Shown: positions 20,853 to 31,282, numbered from the stretch's first letter. The stretch: 64,000 nt of DNA from an uncultured virus (IMG/VR IMGVR_UViG_3300027832_001134) (IMGVR_UViG_3300027832_001134); one strand, 5' to 3'. The notes: generated by a model from the letters alone, not told the origin. Program-made: numbers and translations.

Positions 20853-20983
20853 CCAAGAAGATTGAGAATGCCCAAAGCAACAAAGCACTGCCCCAAACAA
20901 GTGGCGGCCAGACCCCAGACATTTCCCAATCGGCGCTGTCATGGTTCAGGAGTACGAGAAGAACACGACACCAAACGAAATGC

Positions 20984-21352
20984 ATGACCATCATGAATAC
21001 AAAAACAGAAAGCGATCCGATGAACACAGATTTCTTTAAAGACGCGACCGACGTAGTACTTGAAGTCGAAGTGAACCCTGATGCTGCGGGTCGGTTTGAG
21101 TCACGATACCGAGCCGTAACCGGTTCGAACCCTAATCTCGGAGAGGGTTACCAACATCAACTGAACAAATGGGGTCTAGAAGTCCGGGTGTATTTCAATA
21201 GTGAGGTGGATATGTCCGATGAGTTCACCTCTATTGACGTCTACGTTGAGCAAGGTGACCGGCCCTATCGCAAGCGCTGGGTCTATAGATTGAACGATCG
21301 CGAATTTTTTTGGTCGCTCGTTCAGGCCGGATATCGACTTGGCGAAAACTAA
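20984..21352 (+). CDS. Hypothetical protein (start possibly 21020)
   Basis: Low-GC 110-122 aa ORF between the mod genes, co-directional, globular composition. Confidence 0.7.
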   Translation: MTIMNTKTESDPMNTDFFKDATDVVLEVEVNPDAAGRFESRYRAVTGSNPNLGEGYQHQLNKWGLEVRVYFNSEVDMSDEFTSIDVYVEQGDRPYRKRWVYRLNDREFFWSLVQAGYRLGEN

Positions 21353-21388
21353 TACTCTGACCACGCAAGACAAACCGAGGGTGAAAAC

Positions 21389-23281
21389 GTGACAATAAAA
21401 AAACTTGAAATGAAGACCCCTGAACTGTCACGAGACATCACAAATCAACTTGCCAAGCTACTGCCGGAAGCTGTGACGGAAGTGAGGAACGAGAACGGCG
21501 AAATTGAGCAAGTCATTGATTTTGAGCTGCTTAAGCAGATCCTTGATGGACAAGCCACAGAAGGTATGCGTGAGCGGTACCATCTTAACTGGCCTGGGAA
21601 AGCTGCGGCGCTCATTGAAGCCAATACATCTTTGGAAAAAACCGTTCGCCCATCTGAAGCAGATAGTTTGCACTTCCAGAGCACAAAAAATCTGTTCATC
21701 GAAGGAGACAACCTAGACGGACTAAAACTGATCCGCGAGAGCTACCTGGGGAAAGTTGATATGATTTATATTGACCCCCCCTACAACACAGGAAGTGACC
21801 TAATTTACAACGATCAATATAGATTGGGCGCGGACGAATATCTCGAAAAATCGGGGCAAGTTGATGGAATGGGGGGTAAGCTAGTAGCGAACTCTCAAAC
21901 CAACGGTCGCTTTCATTCTGACTGGCTGTCGATGATGTATCCTCGGCTACGAATAGCCCGCCAACTCCTGTCTGATCTTGGGCTCGTTTTTATTTCAATC
22001 GATGACAATGAGCGCGCCAATCTACAGAAGCTGTGCGAAGAGGTCTTTGGGGCTAGCAATTTTTTGGGTTGTTTTGTTTGGAAGCGTCGTAGCGGCGCCA
22101 TGGATGCTGTGACAAACCTTAGTGAAGATCATGAGTACGTTTTGGTCTACTCGAAGTCGCAGGCCACCCTCAAAGGTGTTGAGAGAACATTTGAAAAGTA
22201 TAAAAACCCAGACAACGACCCTCGGGGCCCTTGGATCTCAGATAACCTCAGCGCAGGAAAACCGGGGGGCGACACATATTATCCGATAACGGACCCAGAC
22301 ACCGGGAACGAGTTTCTTCCTCCGAAGGGAAGATACTGGCCCTATAGCCGCCAAACTATGGCACAAAAAGTTTCTGAAGGCCGTGTCATATTTCCTAAAG
22401 GTCCGACTGGTACTCCGATGCTGAAGCGCTTCGCATCTGAGGCAATGAAACCCACAATACCAGTATCGTCTTGGATTGAACGCCCCACTGGCGGCGGTGG
22501 GCAAAGTACAATCGTTTCTCCAATGAATAGTTCTGCAACGACGGCGTTGAAAAACCTTTTTGGAGGTAAGCTGTTTTCATTTCCCAAGCCGGTCGAGTTA
22601 GTAAGAGCGCTCATTGAACAAGGAGCAGCGAAAGACGCACTAATTTTGGACTTTTTTGCGGGTTCGGGAACCACTGCTCAAGCAGTTTTCGAATGCAATG
22701 CAGCTGACGGTGGGAACCGTCAGTGCATTCTGATTCAGTTGCCCGAGGCAATCGATGAGGGATCAGACGCATTTAAAGATGGTTACGAGACCATTGCGGA
22801 CTTTTCTAAAGAACGCATACGCAGAGCTGGTGCCATGGTCCTTAAAGGTGAATGTCATTCCGGCTGGAACAAGGACATAGGCTTCCGCGTCCTGAAGATC
22901 GACACGTCGAACATGCGGGACGTCTATTATCGTCCTGACGAAGTCAAACAGGCCGACCTGCTCACCGCCGTCGACAACGTCAAGCCGGACCGCACGGCCG
23001 AAGACCTGCTCTTCCAGGTGCTGGTGGACTGGGGTGTCGACCTGACGCTGCCCATCCATCGCGAGACCGTGCTGGGCAAGACCGTGTTCTTCGTCGACGA
23101 CAACGCGCTGGTCGCCTGTTTCGATACGGGGATCACCGAGGATCTGGTGAAGGAGCTGGCCGGGCATGAACCGCTGCGCGTCGTGTTCCGCGACAACGGC
23201 TTCGTCTCGGATGCGGTGAAGATCAACGTCGAACAGATCTTTCGTCAAATTTCTGTCACGACAGAAGTAAAGGCGATCTAA
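21389..23281 (+). CDS. mod: Type III R-M methyltransferase subunit Mod (copy 2)
   Basis: LFIEGDNL, IYIDPPYNTG, FSFPKP, LDFFAGSGTT; central region differs from mod1. Confidence 0.93.
   Translation: MTIKKLEMKTPELSRDITNQLAKLLPEAVTEVRNENGEIEQVIDFELLKQILDGQATEGMRERYHLNWPGKAAALIEANTSLEKTVRPSEADSLHFQSTKNLFIEGDNLDGLKLIRESYLGKVDMIYIDPPYNTGSDLIYNDQYRLGADEYLEKSGQVDGMGGKLVANSQTNGRFHSDWLSMMYPRLRIARQLLSDLGLVFISIDDNERANLQKLCEEVFGASNFLGCFVWKRRSGAMDAVTNLSEDHEYVLVYSKSQATLKGVERTFEKYKNPDNDPRGPWISDNLSAGKPGGDTYYPITDPDTGNEFLPPKGRYWPYSRQTMAQKVSEGRVIFPKGPTGTPMLKRFASEAMKPTIPVSSWIERPTGGGGQSTIVSPMNSSATTALKNLFGGKLFSFPKPVELVRALIEQGAAKDALILDFFAGSGTTAQAVFECNAADGGNRQCILIQLPEAIDEGSDAFKDGYETIADFSKERIRRAGAMVLKGECHSGWNKDIGFRVLKIDTSNMRDVYYRPDEVKQADLLTAVDNVKPDRTAEDLLFQVLVDWGVDLTLPIHRETVLGKTVFFVDDNALVACFDTGITEDLVKELAGHEPLRVVFRDNGFVSDAVKINVEQIFRQISVTTEVKAI
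22865..23241 (+). repeat. Direct repeat copy 2 (3' end of mod2)
   Basis: Matches 20436-20812; 97 bp identical at 23145-23241. Confidence 0.93.
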
Positions 23282-23956
23282 ATGCCAATAATCACGGAAA
23301 TTCGACATGTCGTTAAGTCTGAACGTTATTGGATCTTTGTAGACGACCAATATTGTACGAGCGTAAGAGCCAGAACTTTTCCAGCGCTAGCACTTGCGGT
23401 TGGGCAGGAGATTTCTTGCGATAAGGTCATCGATCTCGAGAAGTTTCATTGGAAGCATAAATATGGCGAGCAAGCCTGGGAGAAAGAGAAAGTTCGAATT
23501 GATCGTGTGACAAACATTATCGAAACAAAATTTCCGAGACTCAAAGTGTCTGTTGTCGGTTTTGGGGCTGATTCGAACGCGTTCTTGGCAGAACATCCAG
23601 ATGAGTCTGGAAAGCCCGATCTTTTGATAGAGGGACGAGACTCCGGTCGAAAATACTGCATGCTTGAGGTGTCGGGCACGGAAATTATGCGCGGCGATAG
23701 CTATTGGGTGCGTCCAGACAAATTAAGTTACGCACAGAAACACCCAACAGAAGATGTGTGGGTCTGCCTTCATTATAGCCAGCCATCTGAAAAGCTCGTT
23801 TTCATTAGACCAAAACCAGAAACCGAATACAGGCCGTCTGAGAAGGAAATACGAGGATCAATCGAGCATTATGTTGAATTTTCAGAACATTCAGACGAGC
23901 ACATGAATGCCGATGACTTCTTCGACTACCTGCTTTCGAAGAGAGATCTAAAATGA
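23282..23956 (+). CDS. Hypothetical protein, putative PD-(D/E)XK-like nuclease
   Basis: KPDLLIE..MLEVSG motif; ATG directly after the mod2 stop. Confidence 0.6.
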   Translation: MPIITEIRHVVKSERYWIFVDDQYCTSVRARTFPALALAVGQEISCDKVIDLEKFHWKHKYGEQAWEKEKVRIDRVTNIIETKFPRLKVSVVGFGADSNAFLAEHPDESGKPDLLIEGRDSGRKYCMLEVSGTEIMRGDSYWVRPDKLSYAQKHPTEDVWVCLHYSQPSEKLVFIRPKPETEYRPSEKEIRGSIEHYVEFSEHSDEHMNADDFFDYLLSKRDLK

Positions 23957-23972
23957 GGGAGATTTCGGAAAG

Positions 23973-26900
23973 ATGAAGCTCAAATTTAAAGTCCAGCCCT
24001 ATCAGACAAGCGCTGTCGATTCCGTTGTGGACTGTTTTGCCGGACAGCCGATGGCCAGTGGCGTCAATTATCGGATCGACCCGGGCCGTAAGGCACAGAC
24101 CAGCGCGTTCGAGGAAGGCTTCAAGAATGCCGATATCGCGCTGAGCGAGGCGCAGGTGCTGGCAAACATCCAGGATGTGCAGCGTCGCCAGAACCTTCCG
24201 TTCAGCCAACGCCTCACCGACTTCACCGTCGTCAACGCGCGTGGTGAGCGGACACCGGCGCTAGCGACCTACACCCGCGACGCGCTGGCGGCGAGCCGGT
24301 ACCATCTCGACGTCGAGATGGAAACAGGCACCGGAAAGACCTATTGCTACATCAAGACCATCTTCGAGATGAACAAGCGCTATGGCTGGTCGAAGTTCAT
24401 CATCATGGTGCCCAGCATCGCCATCCGCGAAGGCGTCTACAAATCACTTCAGATCACGGCCGATCATTTCACCGAAAGCTTTGGCAAGAAGGCGCGGTTC
24501 TTCATCTACAACTCAAAGCGTCTGCATGAGCTGGAAAGCTTCTCGTCGGACGCTGGCATCAACGTGATGGTCATCAATATTCAGGCGTTTGCTGCCCGTG
24601 GTGCGGATAACCGTCGCATCTACGACGAGCTTGACGACTTCCAGTCCCGCCGCCCCATCGACGTGATCGCCAGTAACCGGCCGATCCTGATCCTGGACGA
24701 GCCGCAAAAGATGCAGGGTAATGCGACGATGGAAGCGTTGCCAAAGTTCAAGCCGCTCATGGTCCTGCGCTATTCGGCGACCCACAAAACCCAGCACAAC
24801 CGGATCCATCGCTTGGACGCCTTGGATGCCTACAACCAGAAGCTTGTGAAGAAGATCGCCGTTCGCGGCATTCAAACTCGCGGTCTGGCCGGAACCAATG
24901 CCTACCTTTACCTCGAGGGGATCGACATCTCGAAAAAGGCGCCTGTTGCTCGGATCGAAATGGAAGTGAAGCTTAAATCCGGCGAAATCAAACGGCAACT
25001 TCGGCGGCTGGAATTTCGCGACGATCTTTTCACGCTTTCCGGGGGGCTGGATCAGTACAAAGGCTTCACGATCTCTCAGATCGACTACAATCACGACACA
25101 GTGGAATTCACCAACGGCGAGGTTCTGACCGCTGGCGAGGCCACAGGTGACGTGTCAGAGCGCGACATCCGGCGGATCCAGATCCGCGAGACGATCAAAG
25201 CGCATTTCGACAAGGAAAAGCAGCTTTTCGCTCAAGGGATTAAGGTCCTTTCGCTATTTTTCATCGATGAGGTGGTTAAGTACCGCGATTACGGTCAGCC
25301 GGACGAAAATGGAGAGTACGCCCGCGTCTTTGAAGAGGAATACGAGCTGTTGAAGGCGGAGTATCTTTCAGAGCTGGCAATCGACAACGAGGCCTACCGA
25401 AAGTATCTCGCGGCGATTGACGTAACGAAGACTCACAACGGCTATTTCTCAATCGACAAAAAAACGAAACAGTTGAAGGACCCCGCAGTCGGTGCGCGGG
25501 CCGTCGATTCAGACGATGTAGACGCTTATGATCTCATCTTGAAGGACAAGGAGAGCTTGTTAAGCCTTCCAGGTCCAGCCGACAGCGCCGACCAACGGGC
25601 AAAAAGAGAGGTTCGCTTCATATTCTCTCACTCTGCGCTGCGGGAGGGGTGGGACAACCCAAATGTATTCGTCATGTGCATGTTGAAGCACAGCGACAAT
25701 ACGATCTCTCGACGCCAGGAAGTGGGCCGGGGTTTGCGGCTATCCGTCAACCAGCACGGTGACAGAATGGACCACCCGGCGGTGGTTCATGACATCAACG
25801 TTCTCACGGTGGTCGCGAGCGAGAGCTACAAGGATTTCGTGGGCGGGCTGCAGAAGGAAATTTCGGAGACTTTGTCCTCGCGACCCCGGCAGGCCACCGA
25901 AGCCTACTTTACCGGCAAAACCATTGCCACCGATGCAGGCCCAATTGAGATCACGCCTGCAATGGCGAAGCAGGTCTACAGATATCTCGTCAAGAATGAT
26001 TACACGGACGACGCTGATCAAATTTCTGAAGATTATCACAAGGCAAAGGAAGCGGGCGCGCTCGTAGAGTTGCCAGACGAACTCAAGCCGCATGCCGAGC
26101 AGATATTCCAGCTCATTGACAGCGTGTTCAGCGATGCACAGCTGCCGAAAGTCGATGATGGACGGAAACCAAAGACGAACCCGCTCAACGCCAACTTCGA
26201 GAAAAAGGAATTCCAGGAGCTCTGGTCCCGGATCAATCGGAAGGCAGTCTATCGCGTGGACTTCGACTCTGCTGAGTTAGTTCGCAAATGTGTCAGCGCC
26301 CTCGACAGCCAGCTCCGTGTGACGCCACTTCAGTATACCGTCCAGGCAGGCGTTCAAACGGATGGGATTACCGACGATCAGTTGAAGGCTGGCGACGGCT
26401 TCGAACTCACCGCAACTTCCACGCAACATGGTGGCTCGGTGTACTCGCGAGTGAAATATGACTTGGTTGGCAAGATCGCAGAAAATTCTCAGCTCACGCG
26501 TCAATCGACTGCCGCAATCCTTTCAGGCCTAGACGCCAGCGTCTTTGCTCAGTTTCAGCAGAATCCGGAGCACTTCATCGCGGAGGCATCGCGAATTATT
26601 GCCGAGCAGAAGGCGACGATGATCATTGAACGTCTGAGCTATGACGAAGTTGCTGACCGATATGACGTCGATATCTTCACCGCCAATCAGACGGGTCAAG
26701 ATTTCTCGCGCGCAAGCGCCAAGCTGAAGAACCACGTCTACGATTATGCCATGACTGACTCCGATGTCGAAAAGCGGTTCCTTGCGGACTTGGACACAAG
26801 CACAGAAGTGGTTGTATACGCAAAGTTGCCGCGTGGGTTCCTCATTCCGACACCGGTTGGAGATTATAACCCGGATTGGGCGATCTCTTTCAAAGAAGGC

Positions 26901-27101
26901 GGCGTCAAGCACATCTATTTTGTGGCTGAAACCAAAGGCTCAATGTCGACAATGAAACTGCGCGAGATCGAGAAGACCAAGATCGAATGTGCCAGAAAAT
27001 TCTTTGACGAAATCAGCCGGAAAATTTCTCAAGACAAGGTTAAGTACGAAGTTGTCACCGATTACGCGAAGCTGATGGATATCGTCGGTCGCGCTGCATG
27101 A
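23973..27101 (+). CDS. res: Type III restriction endonuclease subunit Res
   Basis: [37 protein letters not shown]-terminal YNPDW..VAETKG nuclease. Confidence 0.95.
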   Translation: MKLKFKVQPYQTSAVDSVVDCFAGQPMASGVNYRIDPGRKAQTSAFEEGFKNADIALSEAQVLANIQDVQRRQNLPFSQRLTDFTVVNARGERTPALATYTRDALAASRYHLDVEMETGTGKTYCYIKTIFEMNKRYGWSKFIIMVPSIAIREGVYKSLQITADHFTESFGKKARFFIYNSKRLHELESFSSDAGINVMVINIQAFAARGADNRRIYDELDDFQSRRPIDVIASNRPILILDEPQKMQGNATMEALPKFKPLMVLRYSATHKTQHNRIHRLDALDAYNQKLVKKIAVRGIQTRGLAGTNAYLYLEGIDISKKAPVARIEMEVKLKSGEIKRQLRRLEFRDDLFTLSGGLDQYKGFTISQIDYNHDTVEFTNGEVLTAGEATGDVSERDIRRIQIRETIKAHFDKEKQLFAQGIKVLSLFFIDEVVKYRDYGQPDENGEYARVFEEEYELLKAEYLSELAIDNEAYRKYLAAIDVTKTHNGYFSIDKKTKQLKDPAVGARAVDSDDVDAYDLILKDKESLLSLPGPADSADQRAKREVRFIFSHSALREGWDNPNVFVMCMLKHSDNTISRRQEVGRGLRLSVNQHGDRMDHPAVVHDINVLTVVASESYKDFVGGLQKEISETLSSRPRQATEAYFTGKTIATDAGPIEITPAMAKQVYRYLVKNDYTDDADQISEDYHKAKEAGALVELPDELKPHAEQIFQLIDSVFSDAQLPKVDDGRKPKTNPLNANFEKKEFQELWSRINRKAVYRVDFDSAELVRKCVSALDSQLRVTPLQYTVQAGVQTDGITDDQLKAGDGFELTATSTQHGGSVYSRVKYDLVGKIAENSQLTRQSTAAILSGLDASVFAQFQQNPEHFIAEASRIIAEQKATMIIERLSYDEVADRYDVDIFTANQTGQDFSRASAKLKNHVYDYAMTDSDVEKRFLADLDTSTEVVVYAKLPRGFLIPTPVGDYNPDWAISFKEGGVKHIYFVAETKGSMSTMKLREIEKTKIECARKFFDEISRKISQDKVKYEVVTDYAKLMDIVGRAA

Positions 27102-28078
27102 CCAAACCCCGTTCAATCAACATTTTCCTGCTCGACGGCGATCCGAATGGCATTCGGGTGGCACAGATTATGATGTCAACAATCCAGGCAATTGCATTCC
27201 GCCGCAACAAGCTGGGGGAGGTGCGCAAGACGTTTCCCGAGATCGAGCGGCCAGGGGTGTATATCCTGATTGGCGAAGACGAAAACGAGCCGGATCGCGA
27301 ACTTGCATATATTGGCGAGTCGGAGGCGATCGGCGATCGGCTTTCCACCCACAATTCAAACAAGAACGGACGCGATAGCAAGGATTTTTGGACCGACACT
27401 ATTGTTCTGATCAGCAAGGATGAAAACCTGACCAAGAGCCATGCGCGTTACGTTGAAGCTTGCTTGATGCGCAGCACAGGAAACAATCCTCGCTGGTCGC
27501 TTCCAAACAGCAAGATGCCCTCCGAGAACGCTGGCAAATTGCCCCTGCCCGACCGCGCGGCAATGGACGAGTTTGTGGATCAGACCAAGACACTGGTCGG
27601 GGCACTTGGCTGGGATCTCTTCCGAGAGATGCGTGGCAAGCCAAACGAGGGAATTCTAATGGAGCAAACTGCAGCGCCGGTACCTCATTTGGAGGATCTG
27701 CAATTCTTCTTCCGCGGCCAAGGGTTTTCAGCAGAAATGAAACTGAGTTCGTCGGGTGACTTCGTTGTGCTTGCCGGATCGAAAGCACGCGCGAAGACAA
27801 CCGCCACGATCCCGCGTGGAACTCTCGCCTTGAGGAAAACGCTTATGGAAACCGGGGTCCTGCAGGAAGATGGTGATTTTCTCAAATTCGCCAACGACTA
27901 CAGCTTTTCCTCTGCATCGGCAGCCGCCGCAACAGTGATCGGCGCGAGTGCAAATGGCCGGATACTTTGGAAACTGCCAGATGGCCGCACATATGGCGAC
28001 TGGGAGGGCAATTACGACGGTGGTAATGTTGAACCTCACACAGGTTCCGAGGGATTAGCAGAGGAAGAAGCCCTATGA
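27098..28078 (+). CDS. GIY-YIG nuclease-like protein with C-terminal DUF4357 domain
   Basis: GVYILIG..AYIGE; C-terminal [25 protein letters not shown]. Confidence 0.82.
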   Translation: MTKPRSINIFLLDGDPNGIRVAQIMMSTIQAIAFRRNKLGEVRKTFPEIERPGVYILIGEDENEPDRELAYIGESEAIGDRLSTHNSNKNGRDSKDFWTDTIVLISKDENLTKSHARYVEACLMRSTGNNPRWSLPNSKMPSENAGKLPLPDRAAMDEFVDQTKTLVGALGWDLFREMRGKPNEGILMEQTAAPVPHLEDLQFFFRGQGFSAEMKLSSSGDFVVLAGSKARAKTTATIPRGTLALRKTLMETGVLQEDGDFLKFANDYSFSSASAAAATVIGASANGRILWKLPDGRTYGDWEGNYDGGNVEPHTGSEGLAEEEAL

Positions 28079-29100
28079 GTTTCCGCTTCTGGCAACGTGT
28101 TCGACTGGCCCCCGGGGTCACGCTAAATCTTTCAAAGTCGATGGCGTCACTGTCATTTGGTCCACCTGGCGCAAAATACACCATCAGCCCGCTAGGTAAT
28201 CGGGCGACGGTTGGACTGCCGGGCTCCGGCCTGTTCTACACTGTTCACGACCGCAAGCGCACCGGGCGTGGCGGGGCGGCACCTGCACCATCAGTGCCAC
28301 AGCGCGACCGGTTGGAGCTTGGCTTCTTTCAACGGCTGATGACACCAGCAGATGAGCGGCGATTCATTGATGGCATCCGCGCGCTGAATGACGGTGATCA
28401 GGACGCGGCACTGATTGCTCTGGAAGAAGCAGGCGACCTGCCCGATGCTGCCTGGATGGCTGGAATGATCCGGCTCCGCCGCGAGGAGTTCGACCGAGCA
28501 GAGGCGCATTTCCAGCATGCACTGGGGATGCTCAATGATCTGGGTACGTTATTCGCCAAATACGAGATCGCCGCGCAGGCCAGCTTGCCAATTACGAAGG
28601 ATATCTTCGCGCATGTATTCCCGCGCGAGCGCGGCACGCGATTGGCACTTGTGGAGATCGCGCAACTGGTGGGCCGCCCCAGTGATGCCATGGCACATCT
28701 GGAACGGCTTATAGAATTGGACCCAATCGATCCCGTGGTGCTGGTGTCTTTTGCAGAGCTGGCACTCGACACCCCTGATGACCGCGCATTGATGGACCGG
28801 GTGGTGCACGCCACCGTGCAAGTCAAAAACGAAACTCCGGTCGACACCGCGATCCTGCTTTATCGTGGCAAGGCACTGGCCAAGCAGGGCCTGCCTGACG
28901 CAGCGATCGATGTGCTGACGTTGGCAAATCGCCGCCATAAGGACCGCCCCGAGGCATTAATGCGGCAGATTCGCTATGATCGCGCCATGCTCTACTCCCA
29001 AGTGGGCCGCAAGGCTCAGGCGCGGCGCGAGTTTGAACGTCTGTATGCCGCCGACCCAAGCTATGAGGATGTGGCAGAGCAACTGGGGCTTGTCGGCTAA
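28075..29100 (+). CDS. DUF4236 + TPR-repeat protein
   Basis: FRFWQRVRLAPGVTLNLSK..VGLPGSGLFY N-terminus followed by TPR-like helices. Confidence 0.8.
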   Translation: MSFRFWQRVRLAPGVTLNLSKSMASLSFGPPGAKYTISPLGNRATVGLPGSGLFYTVHDRKRTGRGGAAPAPSVPQRDRLELGFFQRLMTPADERRFIDGIRALNDGDQDAALIALEEAGDLPDAAWMAGMIRLRREEFDRAEAHFQHALGMLNDLGTLFAKYEIAAQASLPITKDIFAHVFPRERGTRLALVEIAQLVGRPSDAMAHLERLIELDPIDPVVLVSFAELALDTPDDRALMDRVVHATVQVKNETPVDTAILLYRGKALAKQGLPDAAIDVLTLANRRHKDRPEALMRQIRYDRAMLYSQVGRKAQARREFERLYAADPSYEDVAEQLGLVG

Positions 29101-29152
29101 ATTCCTTCTCAAAAAAACCCGTGTAATCCAACATAAAATCAGGAGCACAGCT

Positions 29153-29641
29153 TTGCGTTTGCGACGCCCCCCACAAGCCACAATCAATCAAGTGCATATT
29201 TCGCGTGATGGTGAATATGCGATCATCGAACATGTTGATACTGCTTATGGCACAACACGTTTGCTCTTGGGGCCTATATTGCAAAACATGAGCGACGCTG
29301 AGGTCCTTGAGGTTTTCAATGAGATAATCGCCGCGCAAGACGCAAGTGTCGCGGACCCAGCCAATCGGCCCGTGGAGATCCCAAGAGGGCGGCCGCAGAT
29401 TGAATGGCTCGAGGATCTTCAGCAGTGGTCTGTAAGGGGACAAGTGCTGCGCTGCCATTTGTCCGATGACGGAGATGGCAACTTGGTCGTCTATGTCGAC
29501 GATGAAGAATTGGACGCCGACGCCTTCTTGTCATTGATCAAACCTTTTGCAGGATGGGGTATGCGGCTCACTTTCATGGACGAGAGTCAGGTTTATGACG
29601 AGCCGAGCGTGATCATTAGGGATCCGGAAAAGGACAAATAA
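29153..29641 (+). CDS. Hypothetical protein
   Basis: RBS AGGAG (29141) before TTG 29153; acidic globular ORF. Confidence 0.7.
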   Translation: MRLRRPPQATINQVHISRDGEYAIIEHVDTAYGTTRLLLGPILQNMSDAEVLEVFNEIIAAQDASVADPANRPVEIPRGRPQIEWLEDLQQWSVRGQVLRCHLSDDGDGNLVVYVDDEELDADAFLSLIKPFAGWGMRLTFMDESQVYDEPSVIIRDPEKDK

Positions 29642-29756
29642 TATCGCGTCATGGATCATTGTTGGCGGGGTATCTAAATACCGTGGTCGGGGCGGGTTTG
29701 TGGCCCACTACACGGCACGAGCGTGTACTGCGATGTTACAGCTATGCCGTCGGGTT

Positions 29757-30134
29757 TTAGCGCTGCTCGACTTTGCCACCGATCATCCGAGGATCGATTT
29801 CCGGCTCGGCCCACTTTCCCGCAACCGCCATCCACTTTTCGATCTCGGCCTGCAGCCCCGGATCGTCGGCGCACAAATGAAATGTGTAGAGCCGGTTGAC
29901 AATGTCCCGCATCAGGTCTCGCATCTCGTCGTCGCTGATATGCGAGACTTCCGTCCAGGGGATGCGCCGACCATCGGCGTCGAGAACAAAGACATCCGAA
30001 TAATCGCCAGTCCGGGTTACGGGCGCTGGGCCGGCATGTAGCGTTTCAAGTTGCGTGTTGCGCACGCAGAGCATCGCCATTGTCTTAGCGAGCTTTGCTG
30101 CAATGCGTTTTTCATCCTCTGGGATCATGGACAC
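29757..30134 (-). CDS. Hypothetical protein
   Basis: 125 aa ORF CVRNTQLETLHAG..IPWTEVSHISDDEM of a type seen at prophage edges. Confidence 0.7.
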   Translation of the reverse strand: MSMIPEDEKRIAAKLAKTMAMLCVRNTQLETLHAGPAPVTRTGDYSDVFVLDADGRRIPWTEVSHISDDEMRDLMRDIVNRLYTFHLCADDPGLQAEIEKWMAVAGKWAEPEIDPRMIGGKVEQR

Positions 30135-30184
30135 AGATTAGCTGAAAGGCAGACGCCGCGCCATCAATTTGAATGCCACGATTA

Positions 30185-30436
30185 TCAGCGCCCACATGCC
30201 TTTGCTTGATCCCGCAGAACCGCATAATCCGACAGCCAGCCTATGATCAGTGCGTCTTCCGGCAGCCTGGCCACCTCGTCGGCCACGCGCGCTTGTTGCG
30301 GACGGCTATAGTCCACAACAGACGGGCAGGCGCTGGGCGGGGTCTCAGAGCCCACCATTGCGCAGGCGCTCAATAAGATCGTCGCGGCCATGAGGGCGGC
30401 GGCTGGCGGCGTCCAGCATCTGGCGTTGGATTTCAT
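30185..30436 (-). CDS. Lipoprotein, putative o-spanin
   Basis: Lipobox LLSAC; overlaps the upstream TM gene at the end of the lysis cassette. Confidence 0.6.
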   Translation of the reverse strand: MKSNARCWTPPAAALMAATILLSACAMVGSETPPSACPSVVDYSRPQQARVADEVARLPEDALIIGWLSDYAVLRDQAKACGR

Positions 30437-30599
30437 GGGCTCTCTCCGAATTTGAAAGACGTTCTGCCAGTCGCCCAGTGCGTTCCCCGGCGCGGCGAAG
30501 ATTGAGAAAGAACAGGGCGATGGTGGTGGCCGCCAAAAATAAGCCCAGCGCTTTGCGCGCGGGGCCGCTGGTGAGGATTGCGGTGATCCAGCCCATCAT
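30345..30599 (-). CDS. Membrane protein, putative i-spanin
   Basis: N-terminal TM helix plus coiled coil; ATGA overlap with the endolysin stop. Confidence 0.6.
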   Translation of the reverse strand: MMGWITAILTSGPARKALGLFLAATTIALFFLNLRRAGERTGRLAERLSNSERAHEIQRQMLDAASRRPHGRDDLIERLRNGGL

Positions 30600-31270
30600 C
30601 GCTGCCCTCGTTTCCAGTCGTCGATCCGCGCGTGGATGGCGACAGTGATGCCGATCAGCGCCACCGCGATGAACACCCAGCGCAGGGTGTCGAGGTAAGG
30701 CACCAGCGGCAGGATGGCGGATTGTGTTTCGGCTAGGACCTCCTGCGCCACCTCGACACCTGCAGCGCCAACAGTGGCAATGCCTGCGGCCCCGCCGCCT
30801 TTCAGGGTGCGGCTGTCGGCCAGCACTTCGCGCGCGGGCGGCGTCTCGGCTGCAAATGCCGTCGCCCGGGCCGGGAAGCGCTTGCCCCATTGGCGCGCGG
30901 GGCCGAGATCGACATGGATGAAGCCAGAGCGGGGATAGAAACCGAAGCCGAGAAACCCCACTGCTCGTGCCGCCGCCTCGAACGCGACCGGATCATGGTT
31001 TGACATAGCAATGTCGAAGGCTGCGCCATCCATGTGTTTGGACCGCGTCGCGCCACCGACGGCTCGGTTGTGCTCCGGGCTGCGATAGGCGGAGCGGACG
31101 ATCAGCGGCTTGCCCAGCCGGTCTCGCAGCGCCTGCAGCTTGTCCAGCGCAGGCTCGTTGACCAGCAGCTTGCCGGTGCCTCGGCAGGAAATTTCGGCGG
31201 GTGAGAAATTTGGCCAACGCCAGGTGTCGTCCGGCACGTCGCGCCAATGCTCGTAGAAGGTCGTGGTCAT
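30596..31270 (-). CDS. Endolysin, peptidase M15 (D-Ala-D-Ala carboxypeptidase-like) with C-terminal hydrophobic helices
   Basis: SAYRSPEHNRAVGGATRSKHMDGAAFDI and FIHVD zinc-binding motifs. Confidence 0.85.
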   Translation of the reverse strand: MTTTFYEHWRDVPDDTWRWPNFSPAEISCRGTGKLLVNEPALDKLQALRDRLGKPLIVRSAYRSPEHNRAVGGATRSKHMDGAAFDIAMSNHDPVAFEAAARAVGFLGFGFYPRSGFIHVDLGPARQWGKRFPARATAFAAETPPAREVLADSRTLKGGGAAGIATVGAAGVEVAQEVLAETQSAILPLVPYLDTLRWVFIAVALIGITVAIHARIDDWKRGQR

Positions 31271-31282
31271 GGTGTCCTCCAG

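Noticed and set aside
20436..23241. mod repeats as a DGR template/variable repeat pair or an invertible shufflon
   Set aside because: Direct orientation, mismatches mostly at third codon positions and not adenine-specific; no reverse transcriptase or adjacent invertase
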